Assembly (NCBI GenBank): GCA_000934665.2
Contig: JYFJ02002591.1
Span: 1-55,389, forward strand
Source of the DNA: Catajapyx aquilonaris
Lineage: Eukaryota
Reading direction: 5' to 3'
Length of the DNA stretch: 55,389 nt
Shown: positions 23,919 to 37,400 of the stretch, piece by piece
Position numbering within the stretch: the first letter of the stretch is position 1
Layout of the letters: every line of letters starts with the position of its first letter
The notes under the pieces: model-generated
The model's input: only the letters and a program-made list of their open reading frames with translations
Database searches by the model: none
What the model was told of the DNA's origin: nothing
Position numbers and translations under genes: made by a program

Positions 23919-25324
23919 CAGTAAACCTAAATAAAGTCAGTAATTGATAACAGAATTAACTTATATACGATATGCTTACACATCGGTAGTTAACTTGAAA
24001 TACGAATACTCAATCGTATATAATACTCAAATTATTCACTCTCACTATTTTGTCTCATCCTATTTGTCTCGCACTATTTTTGTCACATTTCCTGCTACAG
24101 TAGCAGAGGCAGAGCAGAGGGTGCTCGACCATGGGGTGCTCGTTGCTTTTTCCTCAGAAGCACTTTACTATGCAGCTCCAAAGAGGCCTGTAATATGAGG
24201 CACAGTTAGGAATGACTTACAAAGCATTAGCCATGTATTCAGTGCTCAACTTAATAGCCAGGATTGTGATTCAAGTGATGGCCTGATGGGATGAGTGAAA
24301 ATTGGATGGGCTGAAATAAATATGGCCAATTTAGTTCCAGTAGTATACTATTGGCCCTTTTGTAGCAGTGTGGCTTATTCTCATGCAGTCATGATACACC
24401 AGACCCAGTCTAAAAGGCAAATGCCACACAAATATAACACTGTTTGGCGACAATTTTTAAAAATGTATTACAATAGTTACTAAATATGCTGCAAATATTA
24501 CGTTACTTTTGTTACATTATACAATTTCTGAGCATAACATCACATTAGGCCCCTATATCAAAAGTTATGGCAGAGATAAAACAGTAAAATACTATTGCCC
24601 CTCACCGTTACCGTGAGCAGTATGACAACACATTATGGAATGTCCATACAGGAATGGTTATCCTGGAGTCTGGAGACAATCTGAATGTTTAAAAGATAAT
24701 ACTATAGGAAGGTCTGCAACCCCGGTTTCCTCCGGATCTTATAGGCCTACCCATCTGCACATTTATTGTGTAGTTTGAAATTCTTATGAAACTATTCGGA
24801 ATGGTTGTATGAAAGTAAACTGGAGGAACTCTCCGATTATGTAGATATTTACAATACTTCATCAGACATAACTTGAGATTAAATCTTATCTATTAATTTG
24901 AATGGCTATACCTGGCCCTTATTTTTAAATGTAGTAATTTTATTTTACAATACAGTACACTTATTACTTTCTGCTGCACTTTGTTCCCCTTATTCAGTTA
25001 AATTATTTTTTCCTTTAGTTCGCCTATTTTAGCATTCAGGTCCTCTTTGTTTTACGAAGACATTTCTGAATGTAAAAAGTGTGATTCACTCACTGATAAT
25101 AATATGAAACATTATAATCCTAAATACCGTAAAGGTGCGGTAGTAGGAAATATATTGAAAAGTGATGTTCATCCACTGAAGACAGAAATAATGTAGCATT
25201 ACAATCTTAAATACCTAAGTTAGTTAGATGGTCCAACGACCTACGAGTATTTTTGTATGGACACTACCAAACACTTGGAAAGTTACATTTTATAAGCATC
25301 ACTTACGCCACACATAACCCAGTA

Positions 25325-25678
25325 AGATTATTTATTTATTTATTTATTTATTTACCCCAAGTTACCCTTTCGGGCTTAAGGGGGGACGCTATTATGTCCT
25401 TGTATATTTTTGTACATTTTTTTTTTTTAACGAAGCACCCGGGCCCACGGGCATGGTGACTGGGAGGGGATGTGCAAAGTGCAAGTGCAATGTCTCAAAC
25501 GGTACATTTTGTGAACTCCCCCGGGTTAGTCTTTCGGAGATTCCACCCGAGACGAAGCCAGAGACGACCCAACTCTGCACGAGATGAAGGGGGGAAAGCC
25601 CGGGCTTGGGTTCGAACCCGGGACTCTTACATCCGTGGGCGCATACGTTTCCGCAGCGCCACTCCGTCTCCCCAACCA
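25325..25678 (-). mobile_element. tRNA-SINE family C with (TAAA)n tail
   Basis: B-box gggttcgaaccc, A-box region ggagtggcgctgcgg; second copy at ~39410-39680. Confidence 0.8.
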
Positions 25679-25951
25679 GCAAGATCATTCACCATTTTAA
25701 AATCTTCAGACACTTAATGGCATTTTTAAAATGATCAGCACTGTATATATAGTATAAAATCATATATGGGCAACTAACCTCCCGCTGCACTCTTCCATTG
25801 GCAATGGGTATGGGCTTCTTCCTTGATGGTTTGTTACATGAGTCATCGGTCTTTAAAAAGGTTATTTTATGGTAATTAACCGTATATGGTTTAGGTGACA
25901 TTGTGGGAATATAACCTTACTTTTTCAGTCCTAATATTCTTGCATGCTGGA

Positions 25952-28900
25952 TCATTGCTGGGACGGCGTAGGTTCTGGGAAGGCAACATATCTCCTTTTT
26001 TTGATTGGCAACGTGCTAGCATGAATCAGCTTGAATTGATCTTGCTTAACATATTGAGCCTCTCTCAAGTTATCCAGGTACATTTGTAGCTCTGTTTTAG
26101 CCTCTACCCAATCCTTGGAATGTTTCGTACTCGGCTTCTGTATAACAAAATAATATTAGTAAGTTAATATACCTGCGTATAACATCTTCTACCAGAACTT
26201 TCATTCAAGTGAGTATTTTAGATGTATATTTTCACGACAGTTAATAACAGTATACATATAGTTCATGCTTATCATGGATGCTGAAAGGTATAGACTATAT
26301 ACCTGAATGGTGCTGACATCAGTAGATAGGGCTATAGGCTTGACATATTCCTTTTTCAATGTGGCCCTCTCATACTGGCCACCAAAAAACCTCACATCGC
26401 AGTGGGTTTCATTTCTCTCCATCACCTTGGCTGGCCAGTATGGGTGTCCCTGCACTTTGGCCAACGCGACTCCATGAGGAGGATCACACAATTGTGTGTA
26501 CCACTTCTCAGGCCTTTCAGCTGATAGCCGACAGCAATTAGCGCACAAAACAATTTGTCGCAAGTCATATTGGCACTCCTGAAGCATGTCCAGGGCTCGG
26601 ATACGAATATCAAAACCTGCGGATAAGATGAAACATAACTCTATGCGTACTATAATATCTATAGTTTTGTCTTAAGAAATGCTGCATTAACCCATATGTT
26701 CCTATAGCGTCCTATAGGACGGGGAGGAAAAAAATTTATTTCTCGCAGTTATGATTATAAATCACAGATTAAGGGAGCTGAACTTCTTCATGAAAGTCTA
26801 TAAGTTACTCTATAGTGGGAGAATGCATATGTTAGGCGCAAACCCCGAAAACGGCCATTGAGCGAAAAAACCTAGAATTTCGCGGAATGCTCTTTTCAAA
26901 ACAGCCAGACCCGGAAATGATCTTTTTTAAAAGGCCAGAACGCTTTTCCGGACTACATAAAAATGTCAGGATGCGAATTTAGTGTCGTGGCTGGTTCAGA
27001 AAACGCCCAGAACGCGTTGTAGAATTTTCTTGGTACCGGCAGTACACACCACGCCAAGTAGATATAACAACAATAAGGTGATTTACTTCCAGTAAGTTAT
27101 ATATACTTGACGTAGTGGGTAACAAGAAACTGCCACAGCGCGTTATGGGCTTTTTCTGAGCCAGCCACGACACTAATTTCGCGCCCTGACATTTTTGTGT
27201 AGTTCATAAAACTGTTCTGTCTTTTTAAAGAGCATTTCGCGAAATGCCCTTTTTTCCGCTCAATGACCGTTTTCGGGGTTTGAGCCTCACATATAAATCA
27301 CATTTACGTGATTGCAACAGCCACAAATACAAGTTGAATGTTGGGAAATTTGCCAATTTCAGAACTGGCGCGATTGAGTAACTATTTCCTTGGATTATAA
27401 ATATACAAGGTGGTCGAAAAATAATGCCTCGATTCTAAAACCCTATAACCGAAAACTTGTAGACATACCATATCTTCATGATTTAAGTTTTGAAATGGTA
27501 AGAAAAGTCTAAAGTTTTGGTCTGGCTATAGTTTGTTTATGAGCTTCATTTGTCGCTCGGAAAATGTAAATACTCTAATCGGTGTCGTGCCTAACCCGGT
27601 CAGACATGTCTGGAGTCACCAAATTGTGATCTTATCCCTTAGGTGCTGGAGATGCCGGATGTATTCACCATATAACTTGTTAGTACCTGTATCTTCACAA
27701 TAAAGTCAATCGGGGTAAGATCTGGGCTTCTGGGGGAGCTACAGGCATTGGCAAACTTCTCATTCAAGACGTTGCACACTGGGAGGCTGAACAAATGAAA
27801 CCTGTCTACGGCATGTTTGTTTCATGCTGGATGAGGCGATTTTTTACTTGAATCATTAAGAACAATGTGTGTGGTGTAAAGATCCGGGATATCCATCACC
27901 TACATGATAATATCGCAACGGTAGCTCCATATACGTATAATAATAATTATATTGAGCGGGTTTGGCACACTGCCGAGGGACAAAGGGGGCTATAGAAACA
28001 AACTATAAGTTGAGACCAAAACCTTAACTTAGCATTTCAAAACTTAAGTCATTAAGATATATGTCTACAAGTTTTCAAGTTATAGCGTTTTAGAATCGGG
28101 GCATTCTACTTCTATATCTTCGAAAAATAAATACAGTGTATGGCTGTTGCAAGAAAGGTTGTTAAAAGCCCATACAATATTTACATTGTTGGCCCCTATA
28201 TGAGTGGTGAATGGCAGCAAGGGATGGAAACACAATGGTGACGCCCTACAATCCACTAATACCTTTGATAGCCGTTAAAGTAACTGCTTAAATATTATGT
28301 AGATTAGTGCCAACAACAACCCGGACAACAAATCGGAGAGGTATTTTCCCTGTATATAGCCATAGTGTTTAGTGTTACATATAGTGCAACTTGGTACCCA
28401 TATACGTTTCTAGATGAAAAAAGAGAAACTTTGTCTTGGAAAAATTTATGAAACCCGATATAATGGGCTTAAATACCTGAATTATTGGGATATAATACGA
28501 TTCCATCATTTCTACCAGCACTGCACCATTCCATGTGAGAATTGCAACATTGCATTGCATATAAAGTGGAGTAATGAGTGGAGAGAAAAGTATAGCCTAC
28601 ATAAGGATTGTCCTATATAGCGTCCTATATATAGGACGCCTTGTAACTTCTGTTGCAATTAAAATTTTACGCTGAGCTATTTTTTCTTCTGCCTTCTAAC
28701 GCATGACTTAAAATATTATTGAAATTATTATTAACTTACCTGTATCATCAGTATAGATCAACCTCAAGAACAAATTGGTTAAATGAGAAGTGAGGCCAAT
28801 AAATTAGTGAGAGGTGTTCAACTTACTCCGCTCTTCTTTCCTCCTCCTTCCTCTCTGCATATATACTTTGGGCTGCCCATAATATATGGCAACATTATGA

Positions 28901-30747
28901 GCAACAGTTTTGGCATCCGCCAAGAATTCATCGAGTGTGTTGTAAGTCATGCTTTCAGCCTTCTTGGTCATTTCCACAACGTCTACATGTTTGTATACCA
29001 TGCTGTTATAGCATACGGTAACCTGCTCAGGATCTACGACATGGGTACTGATTTCTGCTGTTACCTGGCAATTAGGAAGACTATAGGGCAAGCTACAGGG
29101 CACCTACAAAGATAAAATACATGCAACAAGTCATGTGACTATACAGTTACTCTACCATGATAAAAATCTAACTATTAGTTTAATAACACACATATTCCAA
29201 AAGTCTCTTGCAGGTAACATGCAGGAGGTAGTTCAGGAGGTCTTTCGATATTTCCATTGTTTGGATCTTGTTGCTTCCCTGTAAGAAAATGGGTTCAGCG
29301 TGCACAATAATGGTTTCTGTCATCACGTATAGAGCTTGACTAACCTATATGCTACAGTATAGAACTAATGAATTAATAGCACTGTGCAGTATGTACTGTG
29401 TTACAAGCAAGCAATCAGTAATTTGTCACAATTCATGCATTCATGCAGTGTGACGCAGGAGATTTGCAAAAATTCACAATATTTATGATTTTTTTTTTAC
29501 TCACTGCGCAGATGCTGCATAGGGAATTATGAGCATCCACAGGCGTTGTTTCCATCACGCACCTTTCGTGGAACACCCTGTGACAGGTGTAACACTCGAC
29601 CACGTCTCCAGGCGTGTGACACGAAAAGCAGTACCAGTCATGAAGACTTTTATCCAACTGAAGTATAAAATATACGAAGCATAGTCTGTTAATAATAATA
29701 ACTATAATTATCTTAATAATAGTAACAACAATAAACCTTACTTCTTTTTGTGGCATGGAATAGATCTCTTGAGTTTTTGAGTCTAATTTCATTTCCACCT
29801 TGCAAATCAACCCCTCACATGAGCTCCATTGCAGCTGTTCTTTCACATAAGTTTCTGAAATTCAAAGTGGCAATTTCAGTCGTTGAAGATGTCTAAATTT
29901 TAGGAATGTGACTTCCTCACCTGATTTCTCAACTTGACATTATTTAATGTTAGAACAGTGGAATGTGACCTTAATGTACCCTAATATTAAAGGAATATTG
30001 TCCAGTATAAAAGTTTGTTCAGTCGCATAAGATTTCCATGCAGTGTAGGCCTGATGCATATAGGCCTACACATGTTATTGTATGTAATTAGATTAATTAA
30101 TAGATACCCCGTGATAGGCCTCGTCCTTTGGCCTTTTAGGGGATCATCTTTTTAAATACCGACTTTAATCATTTGCCTGTACTCCGATGGGTTTTTATAG
30201 TAGCAGGAAACGGGAGAGCCCCGAGAAAACCACGCGAATACGGAGAGAACCCATCGAAACTCAATCCACATAAGTACCCTCTGTCCGACCCGGGGATCGA
30301 ACTCGGGACCTCAGAGGTAAAAGGCTGTGGCCCTAACCACTACACCCTCTGTTTAGTAAAGACAATTTTTTGTGGAATGCAGCAATTATTCTGATAATGA
30401 CAGGATTTCAATTTTGGCTGCAAGAATCTCAAACTTTCATCACCTAACAATGTTTACTAAAATACTGTATATACTGTCAGCTTGGAGAATTATCGGAGAA
30501 ATAGGCCTACCCCATGTATAATAATATTCATCATAATTATAGCTTATTGTGAACATTTCCTTAAATGATTTCCTTACTCCTCTAATGAGTGTACATGTTA
30601 AAAATCACCTTTTTCTGGATCATTCTGGCATTTCATTGCATCATAAATCCTTTCAAGAGTTGGTTCTTGCTTCTGGCTCTTGATTTTTTGGATAGCCACC
30701 CAGAGCTTCACCACCGTTTGAGGATCTGACTTCCTTGACAGAACCAT
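25952..30747 (-). CDS. ZMYND11: ZMYND11/BS69-like chromatin reader (winged helix-PHD-bromo-ZnF-PWWP), no MYND as assembled (~422 aa)
   Basis: Exons 30747-30609, 29854-29742, 29657-29505, 29278-29192, 29103-28827, 26616-26303, 26137-25952, GT-AG and phase-consistent (1269 nt). Motifs LWVAIQKIKSQKQ, HDWYCFSCHTPGDVVECYTCHRVFH..C, EFLADAKTVAHNVAIYYG, LCANC...CDPPH, AKVQGHPYWPAKV...DVRFFG, W.EAK.EL. Confidence 0.88.
26827..27294. mobile_element. Palindromic MITE in ZMYND11-like intron
   Basis: aggcgcaaaccccgaaaacggccattgagcg / cgctcaatgaccgttttcggggtttgagcct plus inner IR tgtcgtggctgg..cagaaa / tttctgagccagccacgaca. Confidence 0.8.
27405..28115 (-). mobile_element. Deleted Tc1/mariner (maT/DD37D-like) element
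   Basis: Imperfect long TIRs (atgcctcgattctaaaac..aaaacttgtagacata / tatgtctacaagtttt..gttttagaatcggggcat); internal PRSPDLTPIDF motif on the minus strand near 27700-27735. Confidence 0.75.
30095..30350 (-). mobile_element. V-domain tRNA-SINE
   Basis: Same family as 15149-15487 and 46049-46332. Confidence 0.85.
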
Positions 30748-31691
30748 ATTTGAGCACGATGTACTTGATTTCTGTTCCCTGAGAATAATGGCATTAATAT
30801 TTATGTTAAATGAATTTATTGGCATATAACTTATATGTTAAAAGATTAAGTTATATAATATTATATACCAAGCACTTCTTGTAAAACTGGTAATTATACA
30901 GTAGCCTACTTCGTATTGCACGACAGACTTTACCAAATAAATGGCTAAAATCATGGTACACGATAGGCTACTGTAGAAATATTGTTTCGGAGTATCAGTT
31001 AGTATATAGCTAAAAAAGATGGAGATGATTTTGCATACCGTATGGTTTCAATGCGAAATCGTCTCCATCTTTTTGAGCAACGATATAGTATATAGGCCTA
31101 CATAAAACATAATAAGCACATAAGCAACAGTATTCTTCCTCCTGAAACATGACAAAATTGTAAGCTTGACATTCCTTAAAACATCTTAACTGGCTTAACC
31201 GCCTCAAACATGGCAGCACTTACAATAAGGGAAAATATCCAAGAAAAAGTCATTTTTTTATCAGACTTGAAGAGCCAATTATGATAATATTTACGCACCA
31301 GGTACACAAGTAGTACCATACCAGTTTCACATTACAGGGCTTTCATTTGAAAAATGTCTTCAATTCCCTACAATAATAATCAAAAACCAAAAATTATTTT
31401 TACGCACGTTTCTAATTTTTGGACCACCACTTCCCACAGCGTTTCACATTGCAGAAAGTGGAGATGTCTGGGAAGCTGTGTTTAAGACATCTGACACCAC
31501 GTAACAGAACGCGGGACGTCGACCCTATCCCCTTATCTTTGCTGCAGCCTCAATACCTCCGAAGTGGGTTCAGCTTCTTGAGGAAATGAGTGTGTGGAAT
31601 AAAAGAGATAAGAGGAGCAGAAATACTGGCAGAAAGAGAGGAACTCATGTCAGAAAAATATTAGATGGGTGAGTAAGTGATCATTACTGTT

Positions 31692-32204
31692 CGCCATACC
31701 TCTATCCAAAACGTTCGGTGGGGTTATCAACTGCACAGTGAGCAACCAGCAGCCAAGCATCCAACTGCAACCTGTAAGAAACCAGTTATCAACCACTGCC
31801 CATCAGTATAGACTATAGCCAGTGGCAACCACATTCCACAGGTCAAGTGTTACTAACCAGAACACCGTCAGTGGAAGTTTCTACCCCTCGTCGGCGCTCC
31901 AGGACATGATCAGAAGTATTCTGCTATGCTGAAGCAGGTACGCACCCCGCCATACCTCTTTCCAAAACGTTCGGTGCCAAAGGGGGTTATCAACTGCACA
32001 CTGAGCAACCAGCAGCCAAGCAACCAACTGCAACAAGAAACCAGTTATCAACCACTGCCCATCAGTAGACTATAGCCAGTGGCAACCACAGTCCACAGGT
32101 CAAGTGTTACTAACCAGAACACCGTCAGTGGAAGTTTCTACCCCTCGTCGGCGTTCCAGGACATGATCAGAAGTATTCTGCTATGCTGAAGCAGGTACGC
32201 ACCC
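31692..32204. repeat. ~256-bp near-identical tandem duplication in the 5' region of the ZMYND11-like gene
   Basis: cgccatacctct.tccaaaacgttcggtg...gaagcaggtacgcaccc twice (31692-31947, 31948-32204). Confidence 0.95.
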
Positions 32205-32223
32205 TACGCAGCACATATAACCT

Positions 32224-32650
32224 ACAAGCACGCAAATTACCGACTTGTTGCTGGTTAATTAGTCCACCAAGTAAGGGCCATCACTCTCACATACCTCCAA
32301 TTGCCAGCTGGAATGTTCCATCTCTTCCCAGGCCAAGCGTTCCACAGCCGTAATGCCTGGTAATGCCTCGCCACCTTTGCCGCCACCATCCATTCCAAAC
32401 GCATGCGTACTGGAATCGTAGCTTGGCCCCGCCCCAGGTCAGAGCTCCTCCCACCTCCCCTCCCCACCCGGTCCACCCCTTCCCCCGCCTTCCCCTTCTT
32501 CCCCTTATCCTCCCCAACAGCATGGCCGCCATTGCAGCATACCATCGGTAGTTCTGTTCAACTGGAAACGGCGGCGGCGGCATCGGCAGGCATCTCCATC
32601 AGGTATGAGTACCCATCGGTAGGCCTACACCCGAACCCGGCGATGGTCTT
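32224..32650. promoter_or_regulatory. GC-rich promoter-like cassette, copy 2 (probable ZMYND11-like promoter/first exon)
   Basis: ACGCATGCGT 32399-32408, GGCCCCGCCCC 32425-32435, minus-strand donor gag|gtatgt near 32295; homologous to 5381-5720. Confidence 0.6.
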
Positions 32651-34472
32651 CCTTGTGTAGTTGTGTTCCATTGATGAGGGTCAGGGCTGCGGCGGGCGTG
32701 TGATAGGGTTGCGGAGGTATACCGGGGGTCCACCACAGAAGGTGATAGGAACCTGGCATAATTTTAAATTAAATTTTTATGACAATTAAAGCCCTCCTCC
32801 CTCGAAGAAGGATGTAGGTCGCAAAATTGCCTAAATGGAACTGGCCAAGTGGAAAAGGTTAGGCCTATCCCTTCCTATCAATCATATATGTTACGATTGA
32901 TACCACCAGGGGCCGTCTGTGGCAGTAATATTTCGCTCATCACAGCAGAGCTCGAAAGGTAGCTCGGTTGTCCCGTAAGAAGGTTCAAGTTTTTTTTATC
33001 TTTCGTTTTTCTCTCAACGTCACTTTTGTTACATACAAAACGTCCACACCTATAGGTCTGGATGGTTTGCAAACGACCAGACCTAGGTGTGGTCGGATTT
33101 TTCGCTCAGTGAGCGTTTTTGGGGGTTTGAAGCTAACATATTGTTACATGATTTCCCTTTGACTACCCGTTTTGATCATCGTCACTTACCAAGGTATACA
33201 GTGTTTGTTATCTATCTTTTTCTTTGGTTCAGAGTTTCCTCACGACTAGGGTACTTGGTGTGAGATCGAGAGAGATGGGTTGGTGACTTCACCGAGTCGA
33301 CACGAGTGTGTTGACGTTGTCTCTTTATAGTTTCTTTGTATTGCAACTGGATTCCTCAATATATTATTTGAGATGGGACGAGGTTCTAAGATTGGTTGAA
33401 CTCCTCCATGTTTGACATCACGCTTCGGCTTGTGTTCGTCAATGCTGAGACAAGGATTTGGTGATGAGTATCTCTGATTGGTTATTCAACAGTGTATTGT
33501 TCCATTTGGTTGAATTACTGCTAGGGGTTATTTACCTCTTTTCTTTGAGTGTATACTATCAAGTGTTGTGGGTGAAATTTGATGTGAGATTATGGAGGTA
33601 TTATTTTCACTCGTTAAATATTTGGGTAATTGCCAGAGTTAATTACTTGAGTGTGTGGACTAGTGTTTGTGAGAACCATATTTGCTACTTGTGCTTTTTT
33701 GCTTGCTTAAATACTTACGCTTCCACCGTGTGACACATATAGGAGTTCAATTGCAGATAATGGCCAATTTTTGAGTCGCAAATTGTTCATTAACAATAAT
33801 GTAAATAGCATTAAATGCGCGTAAGCATGATGATGTATAATACCCCATTTGTGGTGTTGCCATATTGTTCAACCAGCACTGGCTTTATTAAACGTAACTT
33901 TCACAAACTTGTTCGGCCTGAGGACCTCCCTTGGTCCATACTTATTTTTAAATATGAGAAATCCTTCGCATTTTTCTGTTAAAAACCATTATTGGCTAAA
34001 TCGAATTCCGAGACCAGGAGATTTCCATGGATAATCGCAGGGTGTCCTAAAAGGTGTTCTCGGCTTTTCTGATTTGAGAATCTCCAAGGCAAAATATATT
34101 GCTATATCATACAGATGATTTTTTTATTGACTCAAGTAGGCCTAATTGAAAATGTAGTGGGATCCGACGAAGGCACGTGTTTAGGGTGTGGCCATCGCCG
34201 CGCCGCGCCGTTTACGGCAAGGCAACTTAGGCGGTTGCCTATAGGGCGGCAGATTTCAAGGGGCGGCAAATTTAGGCACACAAAAAAAAGTTAACGAAGA
34301 ATTAACGCGAATGGAACCGTATGGCCCGATGTGGACGTAGAAGTGTTTCGGAGCCCCGCATGCGTCATCCGCAGAGAGCTTCCCACAGGGCAGGGCTCGT
34401 TCCACCCATGCTTTCCTGGTCCTTTCCTACAGGTTCTCTCCCCTCTGTGACCCTCCTCTACCCGCACCCTGG

Positions 34473-37400
34473 ATGTCCGTTAAACTGGCCCAACCACTTT
34501 CGAATTTCAAAATTTCAACGATGCCAATCGTTTGTGCTACGTTTGTGCTGATTTGTGCTCGAATATGGGCGTTTGTGCAGGTTTAGTTTCAACGCTATCG
34601 CGATTTCAATTTGGTTGGGCCAGTTTAACGGTAGCCCAACCACTTTCGAATTTCGAAATTTCAACGGTGCCAATCGTTTGTGCTACGTTTGTGCTGATTT
34701 GTGCTCGAATATGAGCGTTTGTGCTGGCTTGGTTTCAACGCTATAGCACTTTTAATTTGGTTGGGCCAGTTTAACGCTTTCGAAATAAAGCGAATTTCAA
34801 AATTTTAACGATGGCAATCGTTTGTGCTACGTTTGTGCTGATTTGTGCTCGAATATGGGCGTTTGTGCTGCAACCGTTCTCGAGATACAGCGAGGTCAAT
34901 ATTGTGTTGGGGCCAAGTTAATTCTGGTCACCACAGCACTGGTTTTGCGAATTTCAAAATTTCAACTGGGCCAATCGTTTGTGCCCGGTTTGTGCTGATT
35001 TGTGCTCGAACATGGGCGTTTGTGCTGGTTTAGTTTCAGAGTTATCGCGATTTCAATTTTGGTTGGGCCAGTTTAACGGTAGCCCAACCACTTTCGAATT
35101 TCGAAATTTCAACGATGGCAATCGTTTGTGCTACGTTTGTGCTTATTTGTGCTAGAATATGGGCGTTTGTGCTGGCTTGGTTTCAACGCTATAGCACTTT
35201 TAATTTGGTTGGGCCAAAATAACGCTTTCGAAATAAAGCGAATTTCAAAATTTCAACGGTGGCAATCGTTTGTGCTTCGTTTGTGCTGATTTGTGCCCGA
35301 AGATGGGCGTTTGTGCTGCAACCGTTCTCGAGATACAGCGAGGTCAATATTGTGGTGGGGCCAAGTTAACTCTGGTCACCACAGCACTGGTTTTGCGAAT
35401 TTCAAAATTTCAACTGGGCCAATCGTTTGTGCCCGGTTTGTGCTCATTTGTGCTCGACTGTGGCCATTTGTGCTGCTTCGGTTTCAAAGATACCGCGATT
35501 TCAATTATGGTGTTCCTTATATTCAGTAAGCAGCTACTAAAACAGCAGCTTATTAGCTGCAAGTGTCTATTTCCTGTATAAAATTGCAAATAAATCGCTA
35601 AAATGGAATTCACACAGGAATATCTGAAGTAAATCGCATGTAATAATAATAATCGGCCCCCTCAAGAAATATCTGAAAGGTCAGAGCGTGGCAAAGGTTT
35701 GCATCGGACGCCGAGATGCAGAACCGTGTGACAAACTGGTTGCTCGATCATAGCCCAGGGAAAGGCATATCCCATCTTCCACGACAGTGGGATAAGTGCT
35801 GGCTCACGGAAATTTCTTCAACCTGGAACGGGTCCTATATGGAACATTTCCTTACATCTGCACATTTTATTCAGTAATAATATGGATAAATAGAGCAAAA
35901 GGCAACAGTCATACTACTAATATGGTGACATTTCCATAATCATTGTCTTGCACGATTCAAGTGAGGAAAGGAAATGCACATATTTGATCAACAGCCCCCA
36001 AAATGAGTTATCTTCTTTGCCAGAGTCTTATCAGACCATGAGTTTTAGGTTTTTACCCGGCAATAAAAAAATGTAAAGCTGAAAATTTGCGCACAGGCTC
36101 TGTTTGGCATGCTGAACAACATATCAAAAGTCCCCGACTCTCCCCTGTCCGCGTCATGTGTGTGTGTGTGTGTTTTTTTTTGCTCAAGAAGTACATAAGT
36201 GACACTTGCCTTGGAATTGGCAATAAAATCGAAACTACTCGTCTGATTTTGCTCGGATTCATCTTAAAATGTTAAAAATGGATGTACAACGTGACTATCA
36301 GGTCATCATATCACCTGCAGGTCAAGGGCACAGTGAAAACGCCCGCCAAGTTTGAATTTTCTCCTTGTACTTTTGAAAACATGAAAATAATCAGTTCCGC
36401 ACAGCAGACTCGACAAAATGTGCAGGACGGAAAAGGTTTCATCGCATTCCAACCTTTACAACGATATCTGTGCGATCATCTGTTAAAAAGCTGTCAAAAT
36501 ATTTGATAGTGCTCTTAGCGCGGTGCCATATATCGTGCTAGTCTGAGCGGGACAATAATTGGAAAAACGATATAAAATGCTGCAAATTATTCTTACAGAA
36601 AGCAAGCCACCTTGCACATACGCTCAATAGACTGAGACGATCAATTTGACCCGCAGAAACTTGACCCTTGACCATGTGGGGTCAAAATGGCGACCATTTT
36701 GGAAAAAAGATCATGTATTTTTTGAAAATTCCAAATTGGCTCTACATGGCAATGGTCGTGTCATTTCCGCATAATTCGAGGTCGCTAAGACGATTGGTAA
36801 CATGCAGGATGTCATAAGGTCACTAATGTGTTACCTGTGACCGCCATTTTGAAATCACCATACTGGGCTGTGTCTAATGATGAAGCCTAAAGGGTGGCAT
36901 GTGAGGTAGTATCGTTTAGAATTTTAGATATACAGTAATTTGCTGTCACTGAAACCGAAAATGACACTATAAAAGTCTCGAATCGTGTATTCTGAGACCA
37001 GAGAGGTGCCATATTTGATTTCAACTGAAGCCCTTACCTTAGGTGATGGGGATATGCGCAAGCGAGTAGTACACGTGATTTCTCGTGTAATTACTGCATA
37101 CCTGCGGTCGTTTTCAGGTTCCCAGAGTTCGTTTGCTGGGTCCTGGTGTCAGTCGCCTGCTGACTGAATTTCTAGGTACCCAGGGCGAAAAGAGTCGGGG
37201 AACTCGTCATCATGAACAGTACCCTTCTTTCCAAAGATCCTTCCACGATTCGAGACTTTTATAGTGTCATTTTCGGTTTCAGTGACAGCAAATTACTGTA
37301 TATCTAAAATTCTAAACGATACTACCTCACATTGAATGAACCTCACATACAATACCTCACATTGAAATTTTGAAATTCGCAAAACCAGTGCTGTGGTGAC

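Noticed and set aside
28740..28762. 23-nt mini-exon before a strong GTAAGT donor in the ZMYND11-like gene
   Set aside because: Introduces a stop with either plausible upstream donor; not included without cDNA
34473..35505. CRISPR-like array or repeated ORFs (MLEYGRLC...)
   Set aside because: Eukaryotic context, no unique spacers or cas genes; the units are TIR modules of a TSD-flanked element and the ORFs are by-products
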